A stretch of 64,000 nt of DNA, taken from Actinomycetes bacterium. Its GTDB lineage: Bacteria > Actinomycetota > Acidimicrobiia > Acidimicrobiales > RAAP-2. The stretch lies in NCBI GenBank assembly GCA_021818025.1, contig JAKAFH010000002.1, forward strand, positions 15,878-79,877, in the 5' to 3' direction. The notes under the pieces are model-generated. The model worked only from the letters and a program-made list of their open reading frames with translations. It was not told where the DNA came from and ran no database searches. Made by a program: the position numbers and the translations under genes. Shown in pieces: positions 36,531 through 47,012 of the stretch (positions are counted from its first letter, which is position 1; each line of letters opens with the position of its first letter).

Positions 36531-39500
36531 ATGGTTGAGGGTTTCGTCCACCTGCACAACCACACCGAGTACTCGATGCTCGATGGGGCGGCGCGCGTTG
36601 ACGACCTGATCCAAGCGGCGATGAGTGACGGCCAGCGCGCCGTGGGGATCACCGACCACGGCAATCTGTACGGCGTCATCGACTTCTACCAAACGGCCCG
36701 CAAGTACGGCGTGACGCCCGTGATCGGCCTCGAGGCCTACATGGCCGCGGAGTCGCGCTTCGACCGCCCGCCACGGCGCGGCAAGATCGATGACACCGGT
36801 GGGGACATCGAAGGGGGCCAGAAGCTCTATCACCACCTGACCCTGCTCGCGGTCTCCAACGACGGCTACGCCAACCTTCGCTCGCTCTCGTCCCTAGCCT
36901 TCCTGGAGGGCTACTACTACAAGCCGCGCCTCGACTGGGATCTTCTCGAGCGCTACGCCGGTGGCCTGGTGGCGACCTCGGGCTGCCTGGGCGGCGTCGT
37001 GCTCCAGGCGCTGCTCCAAGACGACTACGCGAGGGCGAAGGACCTGGCCGGGCGGCTGCAGACGATCTTCGGACGCGAGAACTTCTACATCGAGCTCCAG
37101 GACCACGGGATGCCCGAGCAGGCGCGGACGAATCCACACCTGCTAACCATCGCCAAGGAGATCGGTGCCCCGTTGCTCGCCACCAACGACCTGCACTACG
37201 TGCGCCACGCCGACGCCGAGATGCACGACGCGCTGCTGTGCATCGGCACGGGCTCGCTCGTCGCGGACCCCAACCGCTTCCGCTTCTCGAGCGACCAGCA
37301 CTACCTCAAGTCCGCCGCGGAGATGCGCTATCTCTTCCGCGACCACCCCGAGGCCTGCGACAATACCCTCGAGATCGCCGAGCGCGCCGACGTCACGATC
37401 GAGTTCGATAACGACGCGCTGCCCCAGTACCCCATCCCCGCGACGTTCAGTGGTGGCACGCACAAGGACGAGGCGAACCGGTACCTGCGCGAGCTGACCT
37501 TGCGCGGGGCTCAGGAGCGCTACGGCGAGCTGACCGACGAAGTGCGCCACCGGCTCGACTACGAGCTCGGTGTCATCGCGGACATGGGGTTCTCCGACTA
37601 CTTCCTCGTGGTCTGGGACCTGATTCGCCACGCCCGTGAACAGGGGATTCGCGTCGGCCCCGGCCGCGGGTCGGCCGCTGGGTGTTGCGTGGCGTACTGC
37701 CTGCGGATCGTGGATCTCGACCCGATCCGCTACGGACTCATCTTCGAGCGCTTCCTCAATCCGGGTCGACGCCAGATGCCTGACATCGATATGGACTTCG
37801 ACGAGCGCTACCGCGGCGACATGATCCGCTACGCGGCCGAGCGCTACGGCGCCGACCACGTGGCCCAAATCATCACCTTCTCCACCATCAAGGCCCGCGC
37901 GGCCGTGCGCGACGCCGCGCGCGTGCTCGGCTACCCGCCCCAGCTCGGAGACAAGATCGCCAAGGCCATGCCACCGCTCGTGATGGGCCAGGACCTGCCC
38001 CTCGAGGCGTGCTTCACCCCGACGCCGGGCTACGAGGGTCGCTACGCCGAGGCCGCCGACCTACGGGCGCTCTACGAGACCGACGGCGAGGTCCAGCACG
38101 TGGTGGACGTCGCCAAGGGATTCGTAGACAAGCGCCGCCAGGACGGCATCCACGCGGCCGCCGTCGTGATCACCAAGGACCCGGTGCTCGACTACGTGCC
38201 GATCCAGCGCAAGTCGAGCCCCAACGGTTCGACCGAGGACGCGCCCATCGTCACCCAGTACGAGGCCACCGCGATCGAGAAGTTGGGCCTGTTGAAGATG
38301 GACTTCCTCGGATTGCGAAACCTCGCGATCATCGAGCGGGCCCTGGAGCACGTCAAGCGGCGCACCGGCGAGGACGTGGACATCGACCACGTGGCCCTCG
38401 ACGACCCCAAGGTCTACGAGATGCTGCGCCGCGGGGACTCGATCGGGATCTTCCAGCTCGAGGGCGACAAGATGCGCCAGCTCATGCGACGCCTCGCACC
38501 GACGAGCTTCGACGACATCGCGGCGCTGGTCGCGCTCTACCGGCCCGGACCGCTCAGCGAGAACGTCCACAACGACTACGCCGACCGCAAGAACCATCGC
38601 CAAGAGGTGCGCTACGACCACCCCGACCTCGAGGCGAACCTGGGCGAGACCTACGGGCTGATGATCTACCAAGAGGACATCATGCGCGTCGCCACGCGCA
38701 TCGCGGGCTTCTCGATGACCGAAGCGGACGACCTGCGAAAGGCCTGCTCGAAGAAGATCCGCGAGATGATCCAGGCCCAGCGCACCAAGTTCGTCGACGG
38801 CGCCGAGCGCATGGGCTACGGTCGCGAGCTCGGCGAGACGATCTTCAACAAGATCGAGCCCTTCGCCGACTACGCCTTCAACAAGAGCCACGCCTACGGC
38901 TACGCGCTGATCGCCTACCAGAACGCGTGGCTCAAGGCCAACTACCCGGTCGAGTACATGGCGGCGCTGCTCACGTCGTTCCGCGACGACAAGGACAAGG
39001 CGGCGATCTACCTCAACGAGGCGCGCCAGATGGGCATCACGGTTGGCGTGCCTGACGTCAACGAGTCCCTCGCCGACTACGCCCCAAGCCAGCGGGCCCC
39101 GATGACGATCCTGTTCGGGATGGCGGCGGTGCGCAACGTGGGCGAGGCGCTGGTCGAGAGGATCGTCAGCGAGCGCGAGGCCGGTGGCCCGTTCACGTCG
39201 GTCTATGACTTCGTGCGTCGGGTCGATCCGGCCGTGCTGAACCGCAGGACGATGGAGTCGCTGATCAAGGCCGGCACGTTCGACTCGCTCGGGGTCACGC
39301 GCATGGGGCTGTTGCTCGCGGCCGACGAATTGATCGAGACGACCCTCAGCCGTCGCAAGGACCTGTCGCTCGGTATCTCGACGCTGTTCGCCTCGCTGGG
39401 CGACCCGGCCGGCGGCGGCGACTGGGAGGGCACCGAGGTGCCAATCGGCGCGGTCGAGTTCGACCAGGCCGTCAAGCTCGACTTCGAGCGTGAGATGCTC

Positions 39501-40091
39501 GGCACCTACATCTCCGATCACCCGCTCTACGCCGTGGCCGACGTCCTCGCCGCCAAGACCGACGGCTCGATTGTGGCCGTTCGAGAGCGAGCCGAGGAGT
39601 TGGCGCGGATGAACCGGCCGGTGACCATCGGGGGGATCCTCGCCGAGGTGCAGATCCGCACGACCAAGTCCGGACACCAGTACGCGCGCGTGGTGCTCGA
39701 AGACCTTGGCGGCGCACTCGAGATCATCCTGTCGGCGAGGAAGTTCGAGGAGTGCAGCGGATTCCTCGCCAAGGACAACATCGTGCTCGTCAAGGGTCGC
39801 ATCGACGTGCGCGACGAAGAGGTGCGCTTCAACGTGCTCGACCTGACCGCGCTGCCGCGTGGTCGCGACGACGGCGAACTACGGTTGGCCCTTCGAAGCG
39901 AGGACCTCACCTCGAAGTCGATCGCCTCGCTGCGCGAAATCCTGACGCGTTACCCCGGCAAGTCCCCGGTGATCGTCGAGACGGGGGAGTCGGGCAAGGC
40001 CTTCAAGCTCGGCCCCGAGTTCAACGTGAACATCGCCGGAGTCGTCGGCGATCTGCGCTCAGAATTCGGCCGGAACGTCATCAAGGCCTAG
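36531..40091 (+). CDS. dnaE: DNA polymerase III alpha subunit
   Basis: 1186 aa. PHP domain HLHNHTEYSMLDGA, the polymerase core, and an OB fold near the C-terminus. Confidence 0.95.
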   Translation: MVEGFVHLHNHTEYSMLDGAARVDDLIQAAMSDGQRAVGITDHGNLYGVIDFYQTARKYGVTPVIGLEAYMAAESRFDRPPRRGKIDDTGGDIEGGQKLYHHLTLLAVSNDGYANLRSLSSLAFLEGYYYKPRLDWDLLERYAGGLVATSGCLGGVVLQALLQDDYARAKDLAGRLQTIFGRENFYIELQDHGMPEQARTNPHLLTIAKEIGAPLLATNDLHYVRHADAEMHDALLCIGTGSLVADPNRFRFSSDQHYLKSAAEMRYLFRDHPEACDNTLEIAERADVTIEFDNDALPQYPIPATFSGGTHKDEANRYLRELTLRGAQERYGELTDEVRHRLDYELGVIADMGFSDYFLVVWDLIRHAREQGIRVGPGRGSAAGCCVAYCLRIVDLDPIRYGLIFERFLNPGRRQMPDIDMDFDERYRGDMIRYAAERYGADHVAQIITFSTIKARAAVRDAARVLGYPPQLGDKIAKAMPPLVMGQDLPLEACFTPTPGYEGRYAEAADLRALYETDGEVQHVVDVAKGFVDKRRQDGIHAAAVVITKDPVLDYVPIQRKSSPNGSTEDAPIVTQYEATAIEKLGLLKMDFLGLRNLAIIERALEHVKRRTGEDVDIDHVALDDPKVYEMLRRGDSIGIFQLEGDKMRQLMRRLAPTSFDDIAALVALYRPGPLSENVHNDYADRKNHRQEVRYDHPDLEANLGETYGLMIYQEDIMRVATRIAGFSMTEADDLRKACSKKIREMIQAQRTKFVDGAERMGYGRELGETIFNKIEPFADYAFNKSHAYGYALIAYQNAWLKANYPVEYMAALLTSFRDDKDKAAIYLNEARQMGITVGVPDVNESLADYAPSQRAPMTILFGMAAVRNVGEALVERIVSEREAGGPFTSVYDFVRRVDPAVLNRRTMESLIKAGTFDSLGVTRMGLLLAADELIETTLSRRKDLSLGISTLFASLGDPAGGGDWEGTEVPIGAVEFDQAVKLDFEREMLGTYISDHPLYAVADVLAAKTDGSIVAVRERAEELARMNRPVTIGGILAEVQIRTTKSGHQYARVVLEDLGGALEIILSARKFEECSGFLAKDNIVLVKGRIDVRDEEVRFNVLDLTALPRGRDDGELRLALRSEDLTSKSIASLREILTRYPGKSPVIVETGESGKAFKLGPEFNVNIAGVVGDLRSEFGRNVIKA

Positions 40092-40132
40092 GCGTCGTGG
40101 GGGGTCACCAAAGACCCGTAGAATAGACAGTC

Positions 40133-40804
40133 ATGGCGATGATTGTGACGACGAAGGACACGACGGCCCTTAGTGACGCCGAGTTGGTCGAGATGGCCGA
40201 TCTCTGCGTCGACCGCGAACCGAACTTCGACATCGGCTTTCTGTCCAAGCAGCGCGAGGAGTGGGTGCTGGTCACCCACGTCCGCGAAGGCTCCAAGCTG
40301 CGGGGCTACTCCTTCTGCACGCTGGAGCGGATCGGCGGAACGCCCGCATTGCTGATCGGCCTACTCCTGGTCGACCGGAACGCGAAGGCGGATCAGACGC
40401 TGCGCGCGATCCTGCACGACCAGTTCCGACGCGCGCTGCTCGCCTTTCCCGACGAGGACGTCTTGCTCGGTGCGCGGCTGTCATCGCCCGACGGGTTCCG
40501 TGCGTTCGCGGGCCTCGAGGACATCGTGCCGCGCAAGGGCTACAAGCCCACGGGCGAGGACCGGGCGTGGGGCCGGCGGCTGGCGAAGCGATTCGGCGCC
40601 GAGAAGGCGATCGACGACCACACCTTCGTGATGACGGTTCCCTCCAGCCCGGTCGGCTGCCTCGACTACGTGGCCGCCAAGGGCGCTATCCCAGATGGCG
40701 CGGAAGAATTCTTCGCAGAACTCTGCCCCGAGGACGGTCAGCGGCTGATCGCCTTCGGCTGGGCCATGGCCGAGTCGCTGGCGTCGGGCAAACTGCCCCG
40801 CTAG
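40133..40804 (+). CDS. hypothetical protein (223 aa)
   Basis: Coding-like composition. TAGAAT lies 8 nt upstream of the ATG. No motif recognised with confidence; a vague acyltransferase-like N-terminal half. Confidence 0.5.
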   Translation: MAMIVTTKDTTALSDAELVEMADLCVDREPNFDIGFLSKQREEWVLVTHVREGSKLRGYSFCTLERIGGTPALLIGLLLVDRNAKADQTLRAILHDQFRRALLAFPDEDVLLGARLSSPDGFRAFAGLEDIVPRKGYKPTGEDRAWGRRLAKRFGAEKAIDDHTFVMTVPSSPVGCLDYVAAKGAIPDGAEEFFAELCPEDGQRLIAFGWAMAESLASGKLPR

Positions 40805-40816
40805 ACGACGGGGCGA

Positions 40817-41536
40817 TTAGCCCCGCGGTAGCAGTCCCGTGCAGCTCTTGTAGCAGTGCCCGTCGACGGGCCGCGACAGCGTGGTCAGGACGTACGCGGG
40901 GCGAAAGCCCAGCGACGTCGCCAGGTCCTTGCCGGCGAGTGAGGAGCGGCGGGTCGCCTCCATCGTTCGGATCGCGTGGCTGTCCTCACAGACGAGCCAG
41001 ACGTCATCACCGAACCACCCGAAGCGGACCCAGGTCGAGCCGTCATCGTGGCGCCGGAGCAACTGCGGCCCCCGATCCGCGGCGATCAGGGCCACGCTCG
41101 GGCGCTCGCCGCGCAGCTCCCAGTACGGGGCGCTCGGTCCGCGGAAGCCAAACAGCGGTCCGTCGGCGGGCGTCGCCAACTCTTCGAGCCAGTGGCGAAT
41201 GTGCCGGCCGCGGTACGAGCCCAGCCGGCGGGGCAGTTCGGCGATGGTCACCGCCTCGGGCTGGGCCAGGTCGTTTCGTTCGATGTCGCTGGCCAACTGC
41301 CCTTCGACCACGTCGAAGGTGACCAAGTCGGTCTCCACGCCCTGTGGCCAGGGGATACGCCAGCGAACGATGGTGTGCGAGGCGAGGTCCATCACCGTGG
41401 TGGTCTCGTTGGTGGATCCCAGGACGAGGCCGAACATCGTCGAATTCGGCGAGAGGTCCACGGTCGGGTGATGCACCATGCCCTCGACGAGCTGTTTGAT
41501 CGCTCGGACGGCGGGATCGCGGGAGAAAATCGGCAT
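40817..41536 (-). CDS. hypothetical protein (239 aa), translationally coupled to the DUF255 gene
   Basis: The ATG shares one nucleotide with the stop of the upstream gene (TGATG on the minus strand). No family recognised. Confidence 0.55.
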   Translation of the reverse strand: MPIFSRDPAVRAIKQLVEGMVHHPTVDLSPNSTMFGLVLGSTNETTTVMDLASHTIVRWRIPWPQGVETDLVTFDVVEGQLASDIERNDLAQPEAVTIAELPRRLGSYRGRHIRHWLEELATPADGPLFGFRGPSAPYWELRGERPSVALIAADRGPQLLRRHDDGSTWVRFGWFGDDVWLVCEDSHAIRTMEATRRSSLAGKDLATSLGFRPAYVLTTLSRPVDGHCYKSCTGLLPRG

Positions 41537-43521
41537 CAGCGGATCGAGTGGAGCTGGTCGTCCAGTTCATCGACCGTGCGCACCGGCGTCTGGCAGACGT
41601 TGCGGCGACAGACGTAGGCCCAACCGGCTTCACGCCCCACCAACAGGGGCGAGGATCCACTTCCGGTGACGAGTACGGCGCTTCGCATGGACGTCAATCG
41701 TACGTGGTCGCTGAGGGGCCCGGGCGGTCCGGGAATGACCACCTCGACGCCGTCGAGGGCGTAGGCGGCGGCAGCGACGAGATCGGGAACGCTCGAGGGG
41801 TGTTGGAGCAGCACGTCACGTGCTAATTCGACGAGGAGTTGGGCGGCGCTGAGCAGATCCGAGCGCCCGGTGATCAGTCCGAGACGGGCGAGGGCGCGCA
41901 CCGCAGTGGCATGGCCCGATGGCGTGGCGCCGTCGAAGAGGGACTTGGTGCGCACGAGGACGTCGGTGACGAGGTCGCTCGACTCGAAGATCCCACGGCC
42001 CGAGACCGGTTCATCACGCGTCGGCACTGGTCCGTCCCAGTGGTGGGTGAGCAGGTAGGCGGCGTCGGTGCTCGCCCGATCGAGCCATGCATCGTCGCCA
42101 CTGAGCTCGTAGGCATCGAGTTCGGCGTCGATGAGCCACGCGAGGTCGCTCGCGGTCGCCCGCGCCGCGCCAGTGCCGATCCGGTACCACTGCTCGTCAA
42201 CGACGTGCGTCGTGCGAAGCGACTCGAGCAGCGCTCGGCCCTCCTCGACGAGCGCCACGTCGAGGGTGGCGAATAGGGCGCGGACGAGCATCGCGTTCCA
42301 CTCGAGCACCACCTTGTCGTCGCGCGACGGCTGGGGACGTCGACTGCGAGCCGCCCGCAGGGCGCGGTGGACGCCCACGAGCTCCGTGGGCGTGGTGAAC
42401 GGCTCGTCGGGCGCTAGCGCGGGGACCGATCGCCCGTCGAGATTGCCCGAGGCGGTGATCTGCCAGCGCCGCAGCGCCGGCTCGAGGTGATCGTCGAGGT
42501 GTGCGTCGGCCAGGACCGAGGCGACCTCATCCGGTGTCCAGGTGATGTGTGATCCCTCGACGCCGGCGGCGTCGGCGTCGAGGGACGAGGCGAAGCCGGC
42601 GGGCGTGGCGAGCTCGTGGCGAACGAAGTCGAGCGTCTGCAGCGCCACCTCGCGCCACTCGCTGTTTCCCGTCTCGCGGCTCGCCCGCAGGTAGGACAAC
42701 GCGAGCAGCGCCTGGTCGCTGAGCATCTTCTCGAAGTGGGGGACCCGCCAGTGGTCATCCACGCTGTAGCGCGCGAAGCCCCCGTTGACGTGGTCGTAGA
42801 GCCCTCCGTGGGCCATCGCACGAAGTGTCAGATCAGCGGCACGACGCGCTGGCTCGTCTCGCTCATCGAGGAGTGCGTCGACGTAGCTCGGCCGCGGGAA
42901 CTTTGGTGCGCGCCCGAAGCCGCCGGCATCGTCCACGCGCGCGACCAGCTCGTCGCGCAAGCGACGGCGCACGGGGGCAAGGTCGACGGGTTCGTCCGAG
43001 GGGCCGAGGTGGTCGACGAAGGTGACCTCGCGTCGCACTGCGGCGTCGAGCTGTGCGGCTTGATTGACCACCATTGCACGCTCGGTGGTCCAGGCGTCGT
43101 GCACCGCCCGAAGGATCCGCGGGAGCCCCGCGACGCCGGGTCGGTCGGACGGAGGGTAGTAGGTGCCAGCGAGGAAGGGGCGACCGTCGGGAACCAGAAA
43201 GACCGTCATGGGCCAACCACCGTGTCCCGTGACGAGCTGGGTCGCCGCCATGTAGATGGCGTCGATGTCGGGTCGCTCTTCGCGGTCGACCTTGATCGCG
43301 ACGAAATGCTCATTCAAGTACTGGGCGATGGCCGCGTCTTCGAAGGACTCGTGGGCCATGACGTGGCACCAGTGGCACGCCGCGTATCCGATGGACAAGA
43401 AGAGCGGTCGATCGAGGTCACGCGCGCGGTTGAGCGCCTCGACGCCCCAGGGCCACCAGTCGACGGGATTGGTGGCGTGCTGACGAAGATAGGCCGACGC
43501 TGACGAGGCCAATCGATTCAT
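41536..43521 (-). CDS. thioredoxin-domain protein, DUF255/YyaL family (thioredoxin-like domain plus six-hairpin glycosidase-like domain)
   Basis: 661 aa. NPVDWWPWG..RPLFLSIGYAACHWCHVMAHESF is the DUF255 signature. Confidence 0.8.
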   Translation of the reverse strand: MNRLASSASAYLRQHATNPVDWWPWGVEALNRARDLDRPLFLSIGYAACHWCHVMAHESFEDAAIAQYLNEHFVAIKVDREERPDIDAIYMAATQLVTGHGGWPMTVFLVPDGRPFLAGTYYPPSDRPGVAGLPRILRAVHDAWTTERAMVVNQAAQLDAAVRREVTFVDHLGPSDEPVDLAPVRRRLRDELVARVDDAGGFGRAPKFPRPSYVDALLDERDEPARRAADLTLRAMAHGGLYDHVNGGFARYSVDDHWRVPHFEKMLSDQALLALSYLRASRETGNSEWREVALQTLDFVRHELATPAGFASSLDADAAGVEGSHITWTPDEVASVLADAHLDDHLEPALRRWQITASGNLDGRSVPALAPDEPFTTPTELVGVHRALRAARSRRPQPSRDDKVVLEWNAMLVRALFATLDVALVEEGRALLESLRTTHVVDEQWYRIGTGAARATASDLAWLIDAELDAYELSGDDAWLDRASTDAAYLLTHHWDGPVPTRDEPVSGRGIFESSDLVTDVLVRTKSLFDGATPSGHATAVRALARLGLITGRSDLLSAAQLLVELARDVLLQHPSSVPDLVAAAAYALDGVEVVIPGPPGPLSDHVRLTSMRSAVLVTGSGSSPLLVGREAGWAYVCRRNVCQTPVRTVDELDDQLHSIR

Positions 43522-43527
43522 GGCGCG

Positions 43528-43533
43528 ATGCTA
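43528..43533 (-). promoter_or_regulatory. -10-like hexamer TAGCAT, 6 nt before the DUF255 ATG (leaderless-type)
   Basis: Minus-strand reading is TAGCAT-cgcgcc-ATG. Confidence 0.45.
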
Positions 43534-43544
43534 CGGGTCGCGGG

Positions 43545-44429
43545 CTACAGACTTGACCGGCGCGATTCCGCCAGCCACGGCCACGCGGCGCTGTGCACGA
43601 CGTCGGATGCTCGTGGTGGCACGGCGCCTCGACTTCACCGGTGATTGACGCGACTTCGATGGCGGCAGCGACCGCGTCGTTTACGGCGCGAATGTCGTCG
43701 AGGGGCTGTCGACCCAGACCGCGGCCGACTCACCACGCCACGAAGGCGCCGAGAAGCGCATCACCGGCCAATCGTGTCGACGATTGGCCGGTCATCGACG
43801 TGGTGGATCGTGAGGCCCGTGGGAACGAGAACCTGGACGGAGCGCTGTCCATTGGTGACGATGAGCCAACGCACGCCGCGGGCGGCGACGTCGTGCACGG
43901 CGTCGAGGGGATCGGTGTCGGGCGCGATGAATCGGAGATTGCCGATGGTCGGCAGTTGGGGTCGACCACGACCAGCGTGTCGGGCCCGGCGGCCTCGACC
44001 AGTGCGCGCGGCGCCCGGCATCGGTGCGATGACGAGGCCGAGTGAGCCGACGTACAGCGCCCCCGGGGCTGGACGGTCGCGCTACGACGCGAAAGTGGTC
44101 GTCGCGTCCACGTCGAACGCCGCGGTGCCCGCCAAGGAGAACGAGTAGGTGACTCTGCGGTGATGCGCTTGGGCGAACGCGAGGCTGGTGGGGTTGGCCG
44201 TGGGCCGCTCGATGACAACCTCGACGCCGTCAGCGATGAGAGCGTCGCGCAACTCGTGACCGAATTGGTCGTCGGCGAGGCCACTGTAGAACTGGGGCGC
44301 GAGCCCCAGCCGAGCCATCGTGCGCGCGACGGTGAAGGGACAACGGCCCAAGACCGGGATGACGGCCCCACGTTCGTCGACCTCGAGATCGACGACATTC
44401 TCGCCGAGCTCCGCGGCCGATGCCGTCAC
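43545..44429 (-). pseudogene. PfkB-family sugar kinase (fructokinase/ribokinase-like), multiply disrupted
   Basis: Homology-like segments sit in three frames. These are GENVVDLEV..PFTVARTMARLG..LAGTAAF (frame of ORF 44082-44693), PGALYVGSLGLVI..LVVVDPNCRPS (frame of 43730-44398) and DPLDAVHDV..WLIVTNG..VDTIG (frame of 43761-44021). AGDALLGAFVAW follows, then an in-frame TGA and a further shift before GAVPP. Confidence 0.75.
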
Positions 44430-44598
44430 GGCCGCGGTGCCCTCATGCGGTGCGACGGTCTGCTCACGGCCCCCGAAACGAAACGTGCGTCTCCGGCGCG
44501 ACCGCGCTACACCGCTGGTTTGCGCCGAGCACAGCGAGAGGGCGAAGCCGCCGGTGGCTACCATCTCACCGGCGGGGCGATGCGAGTCAAGAGGAGTT

Positions 44599-45576
44599 AT
44601 GGTGGACGAGCCGGTGCGGTGGGGCGTCATTGGGACCGGTCGAATCGCGCAAACCTTCGCGCGCGACCTGCAGTTGATCGAACAGGGCGTCATCGTCGCG
44701 GTCGGTTCGCGTTCGAGTGACTCGATGAATCAGTACGCGGACGCGTTCCAGGTCCCGGGTCGTCACGACTCCTACGAGGCGCTCGTCGCCGACCCGACGG
44801 TTGAGGCGGTCTACGTGGCGACACCTCATCCGATGCACGAGCAGAATGCGCTGCTCGCGTTGGCCCACGGCAAGCACGTCCTGGTCGAGAAGGCATTCAC
44901 GATGAACGCCGAACAAGCGCGCCGGGTCGTGGCCGCCGCGCGCGAGCGGAATCTCTTCGCGATGGAGGCGATGTGGACCCGCTTCTTGCCTCACGTCGTT
45001 GCCATCAGGGAACTGCTCGCGAGCCAAGCCCTCGGAACCGTCGTGGCGGTGCACGCCGACCACGGCAAGTGGTTCGAGTCAGATCCGCGGTTCCGGCTGT
45101 TCGCCCCGGAACTGGGCGGCGGCGCGGTGCTCGACCTCGGCGTGTACCCCATCTCGTTTGCGTCGATGGTGCTGGGCACGCCGAGCAGCGTGCAGGCGAC
45201 CGTCACCCCGAGCTTCACCGGCGTGGACGGACAGACGTCGATGGTGTTCGGTTACGAGTCGGGCGCTCAGGCGGTGCTGACGTGTACGTCGTTAGCGCGC
45301 AGCGCGACGCGCGCGAGCATCGTGGGCACCGACGCGAGGATCGACGTGGACGGTGGCTTCTACGGTCCGACAGGCTTCTCACTCACGAGCCGAACCGGGG
45401 AGACGACACGCTACGACTTCGCGACCCAGGGTCGGGGGCTGCACTACCAGGCGGCCGAGGTAGCGAGGTGCCTCCGGTCGGGTGAGATTGAGAGTCCGGC
45501 CATGCCGTTGGACGAGACGATTGCGATCATGGCAACGATGGACCGGGTCCTCGCCTTTCAGGCCAGCCAAGCGTAA
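44599..45576 (+). CDS. Gfo/Idh/MocA family oxidoreductase
   Basis: ATG 44599 with GAGGAG SD. N-terminal RWGVIGTGRIA Rossmann motif; 325 aa. The track ORF from 44320 is an upstream extension. Confidence 0.8.
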   Translation: MVDEPVRWGVIGTGRIAQTFARDLQLIEQGVIVAVGSRSSDSMNQYADAFQVPGRHDSYEALVADPTVEAVYVATPHPMHEQNALLALAHGKHVLVEKAFTMNAEQARRVVAAARERNLFAMEAMWTRFLPHVVAIRELLASQALGTVVAVHADHGKWFESDPRFRLFAPELGGGAVLDLGVYPISFASMVLGTPSSVQATVTPSFTGVDGQTSMVFGYESGAQAVLTCTSLARSATRASIVGTDARIDVDGGFYGPTGFSLTSRTGETTRYDFATQGRGLHYQAAEVARCLRSGEIESPAMPLDETIAIMATMDRVLAFQASQA

Positions 45577-45773
45577 ATCTCCGCACTCGTAGAGCGAACT
45601 GACGCCTGGCGACGGGTCCGTGCGTTGCAGTCGTCGGGTCTTACCCGGCGCGGTAGGTGGTGGTACAAACGTAAGCCCAGGTGCTATCTTGCTTTTCGAA
45701 CGCCGGTCACGGATTGTTCATACAGCATTAACAAACAACGACGTCGCGGGACGTCACAGAAGGGTTGGGGAGA

Positions 45774-47003
45774 ATGAAGTTCAAAACAGCGAGGACCCTC
45801 GCGTCTGTAGCGTTGGTGGGGAGTTTTGTGACTGCCATGCTGCCGAGCGTGAGCTCCGCAAGCGCGAGGACAGTTTCAGACAAGACATTCAACACGAGCT
45901 TCTCGACGATGAAGTTTCTGAAGCAGATTGCTGCGAAGGGCAAGGGCTCGATCGCGGTCATCCTGCCAGACACCGTCACGTCGACGCGCTACACCGAATT
46001 TGACGCACCGTACCTGAAGAAGGCATTCCTGATGGCGGGCCTGAAGACGAATCAGTTCACCATTCAGAACGCCCAGGGCAGCGACACGACGCAGTACACC
46101 GACGCGCAGGCGGCCATCGCCCGTGGCGCCAAGGTACTCGTCCTGGACCCGCTGGACTCGACCACTGGTGCGGTGATTGAGGCCTACGCCAAGGCTCGCG
46201 GTGTCAAAGTGATCGACTACGACCGCTTGACGCTAGGCGGCGCCCGCAGCTACTACGTGAGCTTCAACAACGTGGCAGTGGGAACGTTGATCGGTAAGGG
46301 CATGCTGTCGTGCTTGACGGCCTGGAAGGTGAACAACCCGGTCGTCTACGTCATGAAGGGTGCACCGACTGACAACAACGCCACCTTGTTTGCCCAGGGC
46401 TACGACGCCGTCTTGAACGGCGCGGGCTACAACACCAAGAGTGGCTCGTCCAACACGGTGCTCGAGAACGTCGGAACGTGGACGCCTTCGGTCGCCTTGA
46501 CGGACTTCCAGGGTGCCTACACCGCTAACCCGAAGATCAATGCGGTCGTCACGCCGAACGACGAGAACGCCGCACCGATCATCAGCTACCTGCAGAGCAA
46601 GGGCCTCAAGCCCCAGACGATCCCCTTCACGGGTCAGGACGCGACGCTGACTGGATTCCAGAACATCATCTCTGGCTACCAGTGCGGCACGGTCTACAAG
46701 CCGATCTGGCTCGAGGCTCAGGCCGCGGCCGCGTTGGCCATCTACCTGCGCGCGGGCATTCGTCCGCCGGCGGGTCTCGTGAACGGCGTGTCGACTGACT
46801 CGGTCGCCACCATCAACAGCCTGAAGAAGGTTCCTTCGGTCCTTCTGACCGCTGAGTGGGTGACGGCATCGAGCGTCGAGAAGACGGTCATCAAGGACAA
46901 GGTCATCAAGGCGTCAGACCTCTGCACGAGCGCGTCGCCCACCGTCGCCGGCGCATCGCAGCCGACGTACGCACAGGACTGCACGACGTACGGGATTAAG
47001 TAG
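45774..47003 (+). CDS. sugar ABC transporter substrate-binding protein (CUT2, xylose/ribose-binding type)
   Basis: Signal peptide (ASVALVGSFVTAMLPSVSSASA) and a periplasmic-binding-protein type I fold pattern. CUT2 ATPase and permease genes lie downstream. TTG 45765 is an alternative start. Confidence 0.75.
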   Translation: MKFKTARTLASVALVGSFVTAMLPSVSSASARTVSDKTFNTSFSTMKFLKQIAAKGKGSIAVILPDTVTSTRYTEFDAPYLKKAFLMAGLKTNQFTIQNAQGSDTTQYTDAQAAIARGAKVLVLDPLDSTTGAVIEAYAKARGVKVIDYDRLTLGGARSYYVSFNNVAVGTLIGKGMLSCLTAWKVNNPVVYVMKGAPTDNNATLFAQGYDAVLNGAGYNTKSGSSNTVLENVGTWTPSVALTDFQGAYTANPKINAVVTPNDENAAPIISYLQSKGLKPQTIPFTGQDATLTGFQNIISGYQCGTVYKPIWLEAQAAAALAIYLRAGIRPPAGLVNGVSTDSVATINSLKKVPSVLLTAEWVTASSVEKTVIKDKVIKASDLCTSASPTVAGASQPTYAQDCTTYGIK

Positions 47004-47012
47004 TACCCGACG

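Noticed and set aside
38061-39677. 538-aa ORF antisense to dnaE (also 38009..39055 in another sense frame)
   Set aside because: dnaE is unambiguous over this whole span. The alternative frames give low-complexity Arg/Gly/Asp-rich sequence.
45680-45765. Possible operator TTGTT-N11-AACAA and paired GACGTC sites upstream of the sugar SBP gene
   Set aside because: The half-sites are only 5 bp long, no regulator gene lies in the locus, and the match is easily explained by chance in the one AT-richer stretch.
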